From the IMG/VR virus record IMGVR_UViG_3300033153_005795, positions 1-52,160 of that record: a stretch of 52,160 nt of DNA; one strand, given 5' to 3'. The translations under genes and the position numbers were made by a program. Shown here piece after piece: positions 9,696 through 17,861 of this stretch (positions are counted from its first letter, which is position 1; each line of letters starts with the position of its first letter). Origin of the DNA: a virus (taxonomy: Duplodnaviria > Caudoviricetes). Below the pieces are notes generated by a model. The model saw only the letters and a program-made list of their open reading frames with translations, searched no databases and was not told the DNA's origin.

Positions 9696-11529
9696 AATAG
9701 TGTTTTCCCTTTCTTCTCTGTTCATTGTAGGTTTTTTTGTAGTGTCTGTCAAGTAAAGCCATCCATTCCTCATCTGTTAAACTGTCTAATTCCGCTCCAC
9801 TTACGATTGGCAGTTTGGCTCCAGGAACCGGTGGCTGCCCTTCCTTTATCCGCTGGAGACGACTCTTCTCCTTATTCGGCTCGTGAATGGAATGTACCCC
9901 ACGGCTATGCACGATGTATTGGCTCATAGCAACCGTATCGATCGCATCGTCAAACGGGAGCAGAGCGAGGTCATACGTAAAATCTCTCGTCTGCGAATAG
10001 AGCATAGAAAAAGGCCACTTCTCTGCCAAATGTGCCGGATACTTAATGAGCCCCTGCTGAAAACGAGGCTCAAGCCCCGCAATCCTGGCCTGCTTCGGGC
10101 TGTTTGAAGGATACCGCACGGGTATAACCCGTGGTGCCCAGAGATCAGGATGCTCCTCGACATATGCTTGCATAGCTTCAACGAACCATACCTGCATCGA
10201 TATAGCCTCAATCCCGATTGCCTTTACCATCCACTTACGGGCGAGGTTATAAATCTGCCGTGTCAACACGGATTCCTTCACCCTTCCCATCCACATATCG
10301 AGCACCCACAGCGTATTATGAGTATCAAACCCCATAACTGCCCCGCAGGAATAATCATTGAACTGCCCCAGTCCAACCGCATAATCCACCGCAACAATCC
10401 TGAAGAGCTTCTTTACAAATTCACCGAAGGGTTCTTTCTTTTCTATGTACGAGTCGGTCTCCGCCTGCCTCTTGTACCATATCATAGGAGCCGTACTACG
10501 AAGAGGCTCATTTTGATAATAAGGATCATCCTGCGGGGCGTCAACCGTGTACTCGTTGCGGCGGGGATGAACAACAAAGAGCCGCTCTGTATCGCTGATA
10601 GGATCGTTGAGGTATTCTGCGTTGAACGCAGCATTGCCGATTTCTGCCCTTCGTACTTCCAGCACTTCCTGTGGCCATTTCTCCGGCCACAACACCTTCG
10701 TATGAGAAGGGGTTTTCATATCGTATTCTATAGCTTTGCAAACACGGCGATTCCAATACTCAAACCGGCTGTCCTGCATACAGGTTGCGTGGTAGAGGAA
10801 CGAGCGGCGGTTAATCAGCGTTCCAATCCAGAAAATAGCAGCCCCCTGCTCAAGCATAGGAATAATCTGCCGGAACAAAATCCCCTCGAACTTCTCCAGC
10901 AGCAATTGTTGTGAGGTCTGCGAATCAGAAGATGGATCGTTTTCAGGATCATCGAGAATAAAGAGCTGCGGACGTGCTCCACGCTTCCTGCCCATCACAC
11001 TGAAACCCTGAATTGTAGCACCGTTCTTCAAGTGAAGATGGTGGCGGTTCCAGATTGCATCCCCTCTGCGGGGCTTCATCTCGCCGAAATCTTCCAGGAT
11101 AAGCTCGTTAGTTGTGAACTGCTCCATTATTCTATCGAAGCGAGCCTCTACCAGAGCATCTGTCGAAAGCCCCAGTGCAATCGGAAAGTACGGACGGGTA
11201 AGCGCCAGAAGCAAAGGAATTTCACAGCCAATTACTGTTGACTTCGCAAATCCACGTGGAGCAGCTTCTGCGTTTCTGGCGTAGCGTCCGAGATCTCTAA
11301 CCATTTCGTAGTGTATCGGGGGAGATTCCTGAAAGCCACTCTTATAAAACGCATTCCCCATAGGTACAAGATAAAATCGCCTGAACAGATCCCACGCCTG
11401 CACCAGCTTGTCAGGTGTGCTTTGATCCATCAACACACTCAATCGGGCTTCCTTCTGCCCCGCAGATGTCAGCTCGAAATAGTCTGCAGGCAGCGGAAAA
11501 TTAGGATTGGGGTCCTGGTTCGGTTTCAT
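9664..11529 (-). CDS. terL: Terminase large subunit
   Basis: APRGFAKST Walker A, FILDDPE Walker B, WIGT coupling motif, RNase H-like nuclease residues VAVDYA..NDYS and DDAIDT. Confidence 0.93.
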   Translation of the reverse strand: MKPNQDPNPNFPLPADYFELTSAGQKEARLSVLMDQSTPDKLVQAWDLFRRFYLVPMGNAFYKSGFQESPPIHYEMVRDLGRYARNAEAAPRGFAKSTVIGCEIPLLLALTRPYFPIALGLSTDALVEARFDRIMEQFTTNELILEDFGEMKPRRGDAIWNRHHLHLKNGATIQGFSVMGRKRGARPQLFILDDPENDPSSDSQTSQQLLLEKFEGILFRQIIPMLEQGAAIFWIGTLINRRSFLYHATCMQDSRFEYWNRRVCKAIEYDMKTPSHTKVLWPEKWPQEVLEVRRAEIGNAAFNAEYLNDPISDTERLFVVHPRRNEYTVDAPQDDPYYQNEPLRSTAPMIWYKRQAETDSYIEKKEPFGEFVKKLFRIVAVDYAVGLGQFNDYSCGAVMGFDTHNTLWVLDMWMGRVKESVLTRQIYNLARKWMVKAIGIEAISMQVWFVEAMQAYVEEHPDLWAPRVIPVRYPSNSPKQARIAGLEPRFQQGLIKYPAHLAEKWPFSMLYSQTRDFTYDLALLPFDDAIDTVAMSQYIVHSRGVHSIHEPNKEKSRLQRIKEGQPPVPGAKLPIVSGAELDSLTDEEWMALLDRHYKKTYNEQRRKGKHYYDISRPNVIG

Positions 11530-12019
11530 TGGTTACCTTGTTCTCATGTGCCTGCAAAGCAGGTATTATACGTGGGAGCTGCATAATAACTTCTGCGGTA
11601 GCGAGGGTTGTGGCAAGACCTGCAGTCCACGCAAAGTTCTTGAGGTTCGTATTCATTGTTAATTTCAGAGCCGGCCACGCAGCATTAAGGAATTCGGGGC
11701 TGTACAATACTTTGTGAATCAGCGTGGCTACGTCTATATTCCGTGGTACATTCCAGAGGATCGGGGAGGGCATCGCATGTGGAGCCGCCGCACATAAGTT
11801 CTGAAGGTGGTATAGAACCGTATGTGGGTACCAGTGTACTTTTAGATACTCCTTGAACTCCTCGAATATCGGATCGTTAATCGCCGGAGGTGGAGTTGGG
11901 GGGAGAGGTAGCGATTCCTGGGAGGAGTCCTGCTGTATCGGCTTTGGGCGGTCTGTGCGATGGATCTTCGGACGCTGCTTCTTTTCCTTTTGTGTTTTCG
12001 GGGTTTGGGTCGGAGGCAT
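11501..12019 (-). CDS. Hypothetical protein with Pro-rich N-terminus
   Basis: AAAGGAG SD before the ATG at 12019; overlaps the upstream gene by 143 nt. Confidence 0.65.
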   Translation of the reverse strand: MPPTQTPKTQKEKKQRPKIHRTDRPKPIQQDSSQESLPLPPTPPPAINDPIFEEFKEYLKVHWYPHTVLYHLQNLCAAAPHAMPSPILWNVPRNIDVATLIHKVLYSPEFLNAAWPALKLTMNTNLKNFAWTAGLATTLATAEVIMQLPRIIPALQAHENKVTNETEPGPQS

Positions 12020-12401
12020 TGTTTGTTTCTCCTTTCTGTTTCTTATCACGTTTCTGTTTTGCTTCCAGGGCAGAGGCAATCAAATCAGAGGAGAGAGTCA
12101 AAGTTGTGCCGTCCGCCCCACGAAATGTTCTCGTGGCCTTTACCATAAGGCCCGACGCCTGCATTGTTTCATAAAGTAATTCACGAATATATTTTATTGC
12201 AGAGATCTTGGCAGACAGATTTTCGTTTTGACGGGCAACCGCAATAAGCTCGTCAAGCTCTGTATCTCCAGTCCACTTACGGGTTTTGAGTGCATCAAGC
12301 ATTTCCCCAATATCAGTGAAACTCGCAAGCTGCTGAATATCTGCGGGGCTCAATTGACGCTGGAGTTCGTTAAGCTGTCGTTTTGTCAGATCTGTGGCCA
12401 T
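11877..12401 (-). CDS. Putative terminase small subunit
   Basis: 174-aa helical protein two genes upstream of TerL (SAKISAIKYIREL oligomerisation-like helix); assigned mainly by position. Confidence 0.45.
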   Translation of the reverse strand: MATDLTKRQLNELQRQLSPADIQQLASFTDIGEMLDALKTRKWTGDTELDELIAVARQNENLSAKISAIKYIRELLYETMQASGLMVKATRTFRGADGTTLTLSSDLIASALEAKQKRDKKQKGETNNASDPNPENTKGKEAASEDPSHRPPKADTAGLLPGIATSPPNSTSGD

Positions 12402-12861
12402 TTTTACCTGCGTTTAAGGACTTCGAGACTTCTCGCTTGGCTTCAAGGCGTTTAATGAGATCGGCCACCTTGGCTGCGGGGCCCATATTACGACCTTGAG
12501 CGGCAATCATTTCCATAAGAACAACAGGATCCTCGAATTGTTTCTGGAGATCCTCGTCGAGTTCGACCGGCACATCCTTTTTGCCCACGTTTTTGTGGTA
12601 AGAACCGGGAGCAGCAAAGCCAGGCCCACCAACACGGGTAAGGACATATATGACACGCTCCAGAGCGAATTCGTTGTAATAGGCACGATGGCCGATATAG
12701 ATGAGGGGAACCTTCAAGACCCGACAAAATCTGGTTGCAGCCCATCGTGAAATCTCAAGAATTCGACAGAGACGGTCAAGCTCTGCCAGACGGAAGGATG
12801 GGAATTCGAGCATTCCTCCACGGGATTTCCGCAGATACGTGTCATCCAGTTGTTTAGGCAT
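12370..12861 (-). CDS. Putative DNA-binding protein (HTH/excisionase-like)
   Basis: LDRLCRILEISRWAATRFCRVLKVPLIYIGHRAYY resembles a winged HTH; first gene after the 12894-12922 promoter; SD-supported start. Confidence 0.55.
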   Translation of the reverse strand: MPKQLDDTYLRKSRGGMLEFPSFRLAELDRLCRILEISRWAATRFCRVLKVPLIYIGHRAYYNEFALERVIYVLTRVGGPGFAAPGSYHKNVGKKDVPVELDEDLQKQFEDPVVLMEMIAAQGRNMGPAAKVADLIKRLEAKREVSKSLNAGKNGHRSDKTTA

Positions 12862-12893
12862 AATAGTCTCCTTTCTGTTTCGCATATAGTATT

Positions 12894-12922
12894 AGTATAG
12901 TGGAAACGAAGGAAGATGTCAA
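12894..12922 (-). promoter_or_regulatory. Sigma70-type promoter for the packaging/head operon
   Basis: TTGACA-N17-TATACT on the minus strand. Confidence 0.8.
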
Positions 12923-12926
12923 GTGG

Positions 12927-13652
12927 CTACGAGGGACTAACCCAATACCACGCAACGAAATTTCCGTGCTCATCGTGTTCCGCTTCACTCTTGATTCCGA
13001 GGATAGACTTGGCCCGCTGCAGAATTGGATAGGAAAAATGGGTTTCCTTCCACGCATTGCGTATTTCGGCTGCAGGAGCTCTGCCGCCTACTTTCTCCAT
13101 CTTTTCCTTGAGCCATTCGCAGGCAGCAGAAGTCATAGAGGGTCTGCCAGGCTGGGAGGAATTCTCGGTATCATCTTCGACGGGCGGGGCAGAAGGCGTT
13201 TCCCAGTGCCACACGGGAAGCTTTGCGAAGTGCTCCGGGATATATTCGGTCATTATGGTGTGGCGAGCGCTGGCGAGATTGAGTATTCGCTTGGCTCTTC
13301 GCAATCTATTCCAACTGATACCTCGTTCTGCAGCGGCCACCCTGATTACTCCAATGGGAATAATTGGCCCGTATTCAGACATATAAAGGGCTAACCATTT
13401 AACGGTAGTGGTAAGAGTTCTGGGGCAGACATCGAGGAGGCTATTGTTGCGGTGTGTGAGAGGAGGTTCCTCACCTGGAACACAAGCATAAACAGGACAA
13501 TCAGGCGTACCAGTACCGTTTTGATTGGTACAGCACGCAACGACAGTTTTGCTGGATGGATAGTAGAAAGCTTTGGCATAACAGCACTTGAGGCATATAG
13601 GGTTACTATCATTGATCACTACAGCATAAGGGTAGGCTTTAGCTTGGCTCAT
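12927..13652 (-). CDS. Cys-rich domain plus tandem winged-helix protein
   Basis: CLKCC..CC..DCPVYAC N-terminus; two repeats of WL...I..A......L.RAK.IL; AAAGGAG SD before ATG 13652. Confidence 0.7.
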   Translation of the reverse strand: MSQAKAYPYAVVINDSNPICLKCCYAKAFYYPSSKTVVACCTNQNGTGTPDCPVYACVPGEEPPLTHRNNSLLDVCPRTLTTTVKWLALYMSEYGPIIPIGVIRVAAAERGISWNRLRRAKRILNLASARHTIMTEYIPEHFAKLPVWHWETPSAPPVEDDTENSSQPGRPSMTSAACEWLKEKMEKVGGRAPAAEIRNAWKETHFSYPILQRAKSILGIKSEAEHDEHGNFVAWYWVSPS

Positions 13653-14062
13653 TGGAAATCTCCTTTCTTCCCGAAAAATAAGGCATAAAATAAAGTTTAT
13701 ACACACAAACGTAATCGTAGTGTGCCCCGCAGAGAGTTACTACGTTCGGGAAGGAAATTTGTTCAACCAGTTATAATTTCACCCTTCTACCGTGCACCTC
13801 GAAAGAAAACGGGGATTTGAGGCCGTTAGAGCAGAATCGAAATTAGGGTACTATACAATAAGTTGGTTAAAAAAGTTATCCTGTCATATTAGGGTATTAT
13901 GACATAATAAATAAATTAACCAATATCGAGACAATAGTACCCTCCTTTTGATGTGGGATAACAGGGGCAAAAAGGGCGATTTTTCAAAAAGAGCAATTTG
14001 CACACTGTTACTTACGTTACACTGGTTGGGAGGGAATATGAGTTAGAGGAAATTTAGACAGA

Positions 14063-14076
14063 AATTTTCACTCGCT
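14063..14076. repeat. AATTTTCACTCGCT box, copy 1 of 3
   Basis: Exact match at 15069-15082 and 21212-21225. Confidence 0.85.
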
Positions 14077-14348
14077 GGAATTTTGAGGGGTATTAAACGA
14101 CGTTGGGTCTTTGGTTATTATCGGCGAAGCCGACAAAGGGGGTCTTTAATATCTACGATGTCCTCTATCCAGTAGGTCTGTTTCGCAGAGTTCAGGACAA
14201 AACGGATACAATATGGATAGTGGATAGAATACGTCGGGTTCGGCGTTTTGGATATACCTGCTCTTGAATAGGTAAAAGGAATTGAATGTCTTGTTTTATG
14301 GAGTTTTGGATAGTGACAGTCCAGAATGTCCTGAATAGGATACGGGGA

Positions 14349-14375
14349 CAAAAAAAACCCCGACATCTGCGGGGC
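14349..14375 (-). terminator. Rho-independent terminator
   Basis: Minus strand GCCCCG-cagatgt-CGGGGT running into a T8 tract. Confidence 0.8.
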
Positions 14376-14420
14376 AAAAAAGAGTGATGGACGGTCGGAC
14401 GGTTAACGGTTAACTGGGTT

Positions 14421-14867
14421 TTACAACAAATACGCTTCACACATTTGCTTTGTCAAAGTTTGACCACCGGTCGATTTGCCAGAGCCGGTGAACGCTGGGA
14501 CGATTGATGCTTTGACATTGCACTTGCCGGCCACAGCTGGATTTGAGTTCACCGCCTGCCAACGGGCGACGTGTTCAACAAAAACCGGTGCGTCAAGTGG
14601 AAACGGCATATTGCCACGAAGGGCAACGTCTTTGGAGTCAATCATATCGATGATGGTGCGGCAAACTTCTTCCGGGTCGACGTCGAGAGCTTCAGCAAGC
14701 CACAAAACGAATACCAGCGGATACTTAAAGCCATCCGGCTGACGTCTCCAGTGAAGTAAAATACGGCCACGTGCCTTTACGTGCTTAAGTACTTGTTCCT
14801 TGATTAGGTCAATCTTATCGGCCACTTCATCGGGTTTGGTGGTTTGGTCGGTTTGTTTGTTACTCAT
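14421..14867 (-). CDS. Hypothetical protein in a self-contained (moron-like) cassette
   Basis: 148 aa from the SD-supported ATG (GAAAGGA); has its own promoter and terminator; possible wHTH (LAEALDVDPEEVCRTIIDM). Confidence 0.75.
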   Translation of the reverse strand: MSNKQTDQTTKPDEVADKIDLIKEQVLKHVKARGRILLHWRRQPDGFKYPLVFVLWLAEALDVDPEEVCRTIIDMIDSKDVALRGNMPFPLDAPVFVEHVARWQAVNSNPAVAGKCNVKASIVPAFTGSGKSTGGQTLTKQMCEAYLL

Positions 14868-14931
14868 TGTCTTATTCCTTTCAAGAAGTCCGACCGTCCA
14901 TCCTCTCTTCACTTGTCAAATAACATTTACA

Positions 14932-14959
14932 ATTATACTCTTGGCTAAATCCTTGTCAA
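14932..14959 (-). promoter_or_regulatory. Consensus sigma70 promoter with UP element
   Basis: TTGACA-N16-TATAAT, preceded by A-tracts at about 14963-14990 on the minus strand. Confidence 0.85.
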
Positions 14960-15068
14960 TACTTTTTTTATATTTTTTTTAATTTTTTTTCGTACCTTGT
15001 AGGTGTGTATATTTTAGACGTGCTATATCCTATGCCCCCCCTTATTTCGGCTTGTCCCCTATCCCAGT

Positions 15069-15084
15069 AATTTTCACTCGCTAT
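15069..15084. repeat. AATTTTCACTCGCT(AT) box, copy 2 of 3
   Basis: 16-bp identity with 21212-21227. Confidence 0.85.
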
Positions 15085-15140
15085 CCCCCTTCCCCTTACC
15101 CTCCCCTTCCCTGTTTATATCTCCTCTCCCCCCTTTTTAT

Positions 15141-15359
15141 TTATCCATTCTTGTTCTGTATTCTTGTCTCCAGCTCTTCTATCTTTTTCCTGTTCGCCTC
15201 TATCTGGTTATCCCTCTGGTCTCTTTTCTCAAGTAATGCCAGGTACTTACTTCCCACTAACCATCCTACCGTTATGCTGCCTACCAGCATCCCCATCACA
15301 AACTCCATATCCGTTCCCGTTATAAATTCCATCTTTCCTATCTCCTTTCTTTCCCCCAT
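15141..15359 (-). CDS. Small single-TM plus coiled-coil protein
   Basis: FVMGMLVGSITVGWLVG TM segment, then a charged helix; start uncertain. Confidence 0.55.
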   Translation of the reverse strand: MGERKEIGKMEFITGTDMEFVMGMLVGSITVGWLVGSKYLALLEKRDQRDNQIEANRKKIEELETRIQNKNG

Positions 15360-15481
15360 AGGTATCTCCCCTCCCCTGGTACCTTAATTTCCGTTTCTTG
15401 TATTATCCCAATACCAAGGTCGGGGAGCTACCTACTTACCTTCACCTACTGCCCGTAGGTGCTCAATTGTCTTATGCCTTA

Positions 15482-15688
15482 CTACCCATACCAATCTTCC
15501 TTTATACACTCTCCCAACTCAATTCCTCTCCCCTCCCCGTAGTGAGGTATATCCCCATTCACTGTTATCCTGCCATTCTGGGATAGCCTAACTACTATGT
15601 AGTCCTCTACATACAACATAATAGGCCCATCCTTACCCGCCTGCTTTACCCTTACACGTACCTTTGGTTGTGCTATCTTTTCAGTCAT
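15482..15688 (-). CDS. Small beta-rich protein, paralog family A
   Basis: Shares a G.I.L.V....L..[DN]G......IP pattern with neighbours and with 36492..36707; AAGGA SD. Confidence 0.7.
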   Translation of the reverse strand: MTEKIAQPKVRVRVKQAGKDGPIMLYVEDYIVVRLSQNGRITVNGDIPHYGEGRGIELGECIKEDWYG

Positions 15689-15713
15689 TCCTTATCTCCT
15701 TTCTATCTCATAA

Positions 15714-15917
15714 TCACACCAATTCAACCCGTCCATACTTATCTGTCTTCAAACCGGCATTATTCTTCTCTGGTATGTACATCTGTAATCTTATCCTACC
15801 GTCCTTCCGAAGGGTAAGTGTCTTATACTTCCCTACCCACAGTTCGATACACCCATCAACCTTTTCTACCAATCTCACAGGAACACCATCCCCTGGATAC
15901 ACTACATACTTATTCAT
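15714..15917 (-). CDS. Small beta-rich protein, paralog family A
   Basis: Closest to 36492..36707 (M.KYVV..., IP..N..GL..D..GR). Confidence 0.75.
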   Translation of the reverse strand: MNKYVVYPGDGVPVRLVEKVDGCIELWVGKYKTLTLRKDGRIRLQMYIPEKNNAGLKTDKYGRVELV

Positions 15918-15936
15918 TTCCTGTTTCCTTTCTATT

Positions 15937-16128
15937 CTATACCTTTATACTACTACCTCGTGGTATGTACTTATTCAATACCACTCTATTGTCATATCGG
16001 AGACTAAACACTTCATACTCTTCACCCTCGTATAACTCTATCCTATCACTGTCAGCCTTCAGTTCTATCTTCCCTGCTATACCATTCCCGTCCGGTGAGG
16101 GCATATAATATACATTATGTACAAGCAT
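15937..16128 (-). CDS. Small beta-rich protein, paralog family A (divergent)
   Basis: IEL...LR.D.R....YIP pattern shared with 15714..15917. Confidence 0.65.
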   Translation of the reverse strand: MLVHNVYYMPSPDGNGIAGKIELKADSDRIELYEGEEYEVFSLRYDNRVVLNKYIPRGSSIKV

Positions 16129-16284
16129 CTCTTATCTCCTATCTTATACCTTACAATGGTAGCCCCAGCGGGTAGGACACCCTTTCCCTGTCTCTCGTCC
16201 TCTTCTCTACTATGCCCCTCTGCCGTTATCTGGGGCTACCTACTACAGACCTCCCTGTCTGACCTCCTTGTCCTACTTATCCTT

Positions 16285-16494
16285 CTATGCTCTCAATCCC
16301 TTATACTTCAACCGCCACTTCTTTCCCTTCTTTCCTGTTACCTGCTCAAACTCTCTACCGTACTGGTCAACCAACATCCCATCATCCATTATCTTGAGCC
16401 GTAGTCCGCCCATTCTTACTGCTGCCTCCCTCTCCCTCTTTACCTCTCTCTTCCTCTTTTCCCTTACCACCGTCTCATAACCATACCCGCCCAT
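16285..16494 (-). CDS. Small basic hypothetical protein
   Basis: AAAGGAG SD; 69-aa ORF. Confidence 0.55.
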   Translation of the reverse strand: MGGYGYETVVREKRKREVKREREAAVRMGGLRLKIMDDGMLVDQYGREFEQVTGKKGKKWRLKYKGLRA

Positions 16495-16515
16495 CGTACT
16501 ATCTCCTTTCTTATT

Positions 16516-16719
16516 TTATAGGGCTGCTTCTGCTATAAACCTACCCCTATCAAAGTTAGGGTTTTCCTGTTCACACCACTCCATTATATCTTCCCCGATG
16601 CTCTCTATAACCATCCTACCCGTCAGCCTCTCCATCTCTACCCTCTCACCATTCTTGTATAATATCTCCGCCAACTTATTGAAGTGCTTCCTTGTCAACC
16701 CTGCCATTCTATCCCTCAC
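16516..16719 (-). CDS. Small helical phage protein (TRKHF...NPNFDR.RF type)
   Basis: Pattern recurrent in small phage proteins; similar to 34405..34611. Confidence 0.7.
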   Translation of the reverse strand: MRDRMAGLTRKHFNKLAEILYKNGERVEMERLTGRMVIESIGEDIMEWCEQENPNFDRGRFIAEAAL

Positions 16720-17062
16720 CCCCTTCCTCTTTCCTACTCTCTGTGGAATATGGGTGTATATGTCCCTCTACATCAAAGAATGCCGATACCTTTGTCTCTA
16801 CTGTCTCTTTTATATCCTTTGCCAGCTCATCCACCTCTCTCATTATAGTCTCCCTGACGTCTTCCTTATCCTCCTTGTCATATTTCTCAAGCCTATCTTC
16901 TACCTTCTGGAGGAGGTTCCTACCCCATATTCCTATGGCCTCTATCCCCCATCCATCCTCTCTCAATCCCACAAACTCCTCATAGGTCATCTCCTCTGGA
17001 GTTATACCCCATTCCCTCTCCGCCACCTCATACTCTTTTCTATACTGCTCTTCCTTATCCAT
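16709..17062 (-). CDS. Acidic protein sharing a motif with the JAB C-terminus
   Basis: SD-supported ATG at 17062; E/D-rich; contains YEEFVGLREDGWGIEAIGIWG. Confidence 0.75.
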   Translation of the reverse strand: MDKEEQYRKEYEVAEREWGITPEEMTYEEFVGLREDGWGIEAIGIWGRNLLQKVEDRLEKYDKEDKEDVRETIMREVDELAKDIKETVETKVSAFFDVEGHIHPYSTESRKEEGGEG

Positions 17063-17087
17063 TGTACTATCTCCTTTCGTTTTACCT

Positions 17088-17861
17088 TTATTCCACCTCA
17101 TTCTCAAATACCGCCGTACCATATGACCCTAATAGGTCAACGTGTATCTCTACCGGTAGCTCAAATCCTTTATTCCTTCTCATCCACGTCATATACTTCG
17201 CTACCATTAACCCCGATGCCACGTATGCACTGTATATGGTCATCCTTGTAGTACAACTCCCTTGCCTGGCCTCTTCATCCGGAAACCAATTCTCCTCCCA
17301 CCATCTCTTTGCCTTCTTACTATTCATAGGCACACAGAATAACCTCATCACTTCCCCCTCTACCCTTATATCCATAAACAACTTCGTCTCCCATCTTGCT
17401 GCCAACTCATATATCTCTTTCCTCGCCCTCATACTATCCACACAACAGAACACCACATCCATACATATATCTATCCACCTCTCATCATCATCTCCTGGCA
17501 GGTTCTCCTGTATCATCTCAAGCCCTATACCTTCCCCCCTTAACCACTTCCTACAATCCCTACCGGTTACCTCCACCTTACTGCTACCAATATCCTGCGG
17601 GGCATACATCTGTGCCCCTACATTCACATCCTCTACTACATCGGGGTCAATCAGTACCAACCGTCGTACTCCCATACACGCCAACTGCAGGGCTACCTGC
17701 CTCCCTATTGCCCCTACCCCTGCTATCACTACCTGATACCTTCCCAGTTGCCTCTCTGTTACCAACCCACTCTGCCTTTCTCTCCATCTATTCATACTCT
17801 GCTTTACTACTCTATACCTCTCATCTGCCCTATCGTCCACATCCCTAACCGTATCCATCAT
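17088..17861 (-). CDS. E1-like ThiF/MoeB-family adenylyltransferase
   Basis: RQSGL arginine, GVGAIG nucleotide loop, IDPDVVEDVN, CVDSMRAR, candidate catalytic Cys in QGSCTT; ATGA-coupled to the JAB gene. Confidence 0.92.
   Translation of the reverse strand: MMDTVRDVDDRADERYRVVKQSMNRWRERQSGLVTERQLGRYQVVIAGVGAIGRQVALQLACMGVRRLVLIDPDVVEDVNVGAQMYAPQDIGSSKVEVTGRDCRKWLRGEGIGLEMIQENLPGDDDERWIDICMDVVFCCVDSMRARKEIYELAARWETKLFMDIRVEGEVMRLFCVPMNSKKAKRWWEENWFPDEEARQGSCTTRMTIYSAYVASGLMVAKYMTWMRRNKGFELPVEIHVDLLGSYGTAVFENEVE

Noticed and set aside
14118-14440. Two 82-aa minus-strand ORFs
   Set aside because: They cross the terminator and inverted repeat and lack an SD or protein-like features.
14386-14902. 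IS element or retron suggested by the inverted repeats
   Set aside because: The enclosed ORF has no transposase motif, and no reverse transcriptase is seen in the genome.
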